Source of the DNA: Flavobacteriales bacterium
GTDB taxonomy: Bacteria; Bacteroidota; Bacteroidia; Flavobacteriales_F; PHOS-HE28
Direction of reading: 5' to 3'
Length of the DNA stretch: 64,000 nucleotides
Assembly: GCA_016719225.1 (NCBI GenBank)
Contig: JADKAN010000004.1
Span: forward strand, 578,707 to 642,706
The number at the start of each line of letters is the position of its first letter. Position 1 is the first letter of the stretch. A program made the position numbers and the translations under genes. The notes under the pieces were generated by a model. The model searched no databases and was not told where the DNA came from. It was given only the letters and a program-made list of their open reading frames with translations. Of this stretch, positions 63,077 through 64,000 are shown in pieces.

Positions 63077-64000
63077 GCGCCTCAAGCGCAAGGAGGCGAA
63101 ACTGGCGGTGATCGGCCTCGGTTATGTGGGACTGCCCATCGCGCTGGCATTTGCACGCAAATTGAAAGTTGTGGGCTTCGATATCAATGCCAAGCGCGTG
63201 GACATGATGCTCCGTGGCGAGGATCCCAGTGATGAGCTACCACCAGAAGCTTTTAAAGGAGCCGATATTCATTTTACCGCCGATATCGAGGACCTGCGCG
63301 ATGTGGAGTTCTTCATCGTTGCCGTCCCCACGCCCATCGACCAGCAGAACATCCCGGACCTTACCCCACTGCTCGGAGCCACCCGGACCGTGGGCCAAGT
63401 GCTGAAGAAAGGCGACCATGTGGTTTTCGAGAGTACCGTTTATCCCGGTTGCACCGAAGAGGATTGCGTGCCCCTGCTGGAACAATTGAGCGGATTGCGC
63501 TATATCACCGACTTCAAAGTGGGTTACTCGCCGGAACGTATCAATCCGGGTGACAAGGAGCATACGTTGGAGAGCATCGTGAAGGTGAGCAGCGGCTGCG
63601 ATGCGGAGAGCGCCGAGACGGTGGCGAAGGTCTACGAGCTTGTGGTTAAGGCGGGCGTTCACCGTGCCTCCAGCATCAAGGTGGCCGAGGCAGCCAAGAT
63701 CATCGAGAATACCCAACGCGACGTGAACATCGCCCTCACCAACGAATTGTCCATCATCTTCAACCGGATGGGCATAAACACCTTCGACGTGCTGGAGGCC
63801 GCGGGCACCAAGTGGAATTTCCTCAAGTTCCAGCCCGGGCTGGTGGGCGGCCACTGTATCGGGGTGGATCCGTACTACCTCGTTTTCAAGGCCAAGGAAC
63901 TGGGCTACCACGCGCAGATCATTGACAGCGGCCGCTTTGTGAACGACAGCATGGGTGGCTACGTGGCCAAGCAAACGGTGAAGAAGATCATCGCTTCAGG
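63060..64000 (+). CDS. nucleotide-sugar (UDP-N-acetyl-hexosamine) 6-dehydrogenase, WbpA/VipA-like (3' end runs off the window)
   Basis: This gene is not in the ORF track because it has no stop in the window. ATG at 63060. The translation is [32 protein letters not shown]..., ...FIVAVPTP, ...[10 protein letters not shown], ...[19 protein letters not shown] and ...[16 protein letters not shown]. It overlaps the previous gene by 17 nt. Confidence 0.85.
   Translation, partial: MSDLYERLKRKEAKLAVIGLGYVGLPIALAFARKLKVVGFDINAKRVDMMLRGEDPSDELPPEAFKGADIHFTADIEDLRDVEFFIVAVPTPIDQQNIPDLTPLLGATRTVGQVLKKGDHVVFESTVYPGCTEEDCVPLLEQLSGLRYITDFKVGYSPERINPGDKEHTLESIVKVSSGCDAESAETVAKVYELVVKAGVHRASSIKVAEAAKIIENTQRDVNIALTNELSIIFNRMGINTFDVLEAAGTKWNFLKFQPGLVGGHCIGVDPYYLVFKAKELGYHAQIIDSGRFVNDSMGGYVAKQTVKKIIAS

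Noticed and set aside
61407-63974. Minus-strand ORFs 61407..62126 (239 aa), 62297..63091 (264 aa) and 63237..63974 (245 aa)
   Set aside because: Each mirrors a well-supported plus-strand sugar-nucleotide enzyme gene. The compositions are His/Arg/Gly/Val-rich and no domain is recognisable, so they are shadow ORFs.
1-64000. Search for CRISPR arrays, tRNA/rRNA/tmRNA genes, transposases, integrases, restriction-modification systems, toxin-antitoxin pairs or known defence-system genes
   Set aside because: No regularly spaced direct repeats were seen. No cloverleaf-like sequences were seen in any intergenic gap over 90 nt. No ORF carries DDE/tyrosine-recombinase, nuclease-ATPase or methyltransferase signatures other than ogt. 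The scan was by eye only, so small RNAs could be missed.

Overview
The window looks like a GC-rich Bacteroidota chromosome segment. Evidence for the phylum: gldA, several secreted proteins with T9SS C-terminal sorting domains, CarboxypepD_reg-type TonB-dependent receptors, and a murI / ompH-ompH / bamA / uppS / DUF6089 / nadK / CBS / pdxJ arrangement that, from memory, matches Flavobacteriia. About 60 protein genes can be supported. No rRNA, tRNA, CRISPR array, transposase, integrase or phage gene was seen.

Most of the content is housekeeping:
- mreBC, purH, mfd, mazG-dtd-e(P4)-rsgA, metK, rplU-rpmA, pdxJ, and waaA.
- A WbpA/B/D/E-like plus Ugd/Uxs nucleotide-sugar block.

Accessory-looking parts:
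- Two patches of T9SS cargo genes (14.0-18.2 kb and 57.8-60.2 kb). They contain paralog pairs and look less GC-rich by eye.
- An orphan-gene patch upstream of mfd (21.9-23.9 kb).
- Three TonB-receptor modules: TBDR plus beta-helix lipoprotein; stand-alone CarboxypepD_reg+Plug protein plus ECF sigma/anti-sigma; HYC_CC_PP-like protein plus TBDR plus HMA protein.

Most unusual observations:
1. A ~120-nt palindromic, low-complexity, MITE-like segment sits in-frame inside the essential GTPase gene rsgA, between its G2 and G3 motifs. It shares a 14-mer with the metK-rplU spacer, and mfd carries a second in-frame palindromic segment. This resembles Rickettsia palindromic elements.
2. Ribosomal protein L27 is fused to a C-terminal helix-hairpin-helix module. 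L21 and UDP-xylose synthase carry histone-H1-like AKKA tails.
3. There are two apparent frameshifts, in a TBDR and in waaA. Each is consistent with one extra C in a CCCC run, which suggests homopolymer sequencing error rather than biology.
4. Bacteroidetes -7 boxes (TAnnTTTG) recur only 4-7 nt upstream of start codons, implying leaderless or near-leaderless mRNAs.

All homology calls come from reading the translated ORFs by eye. No database search was run.
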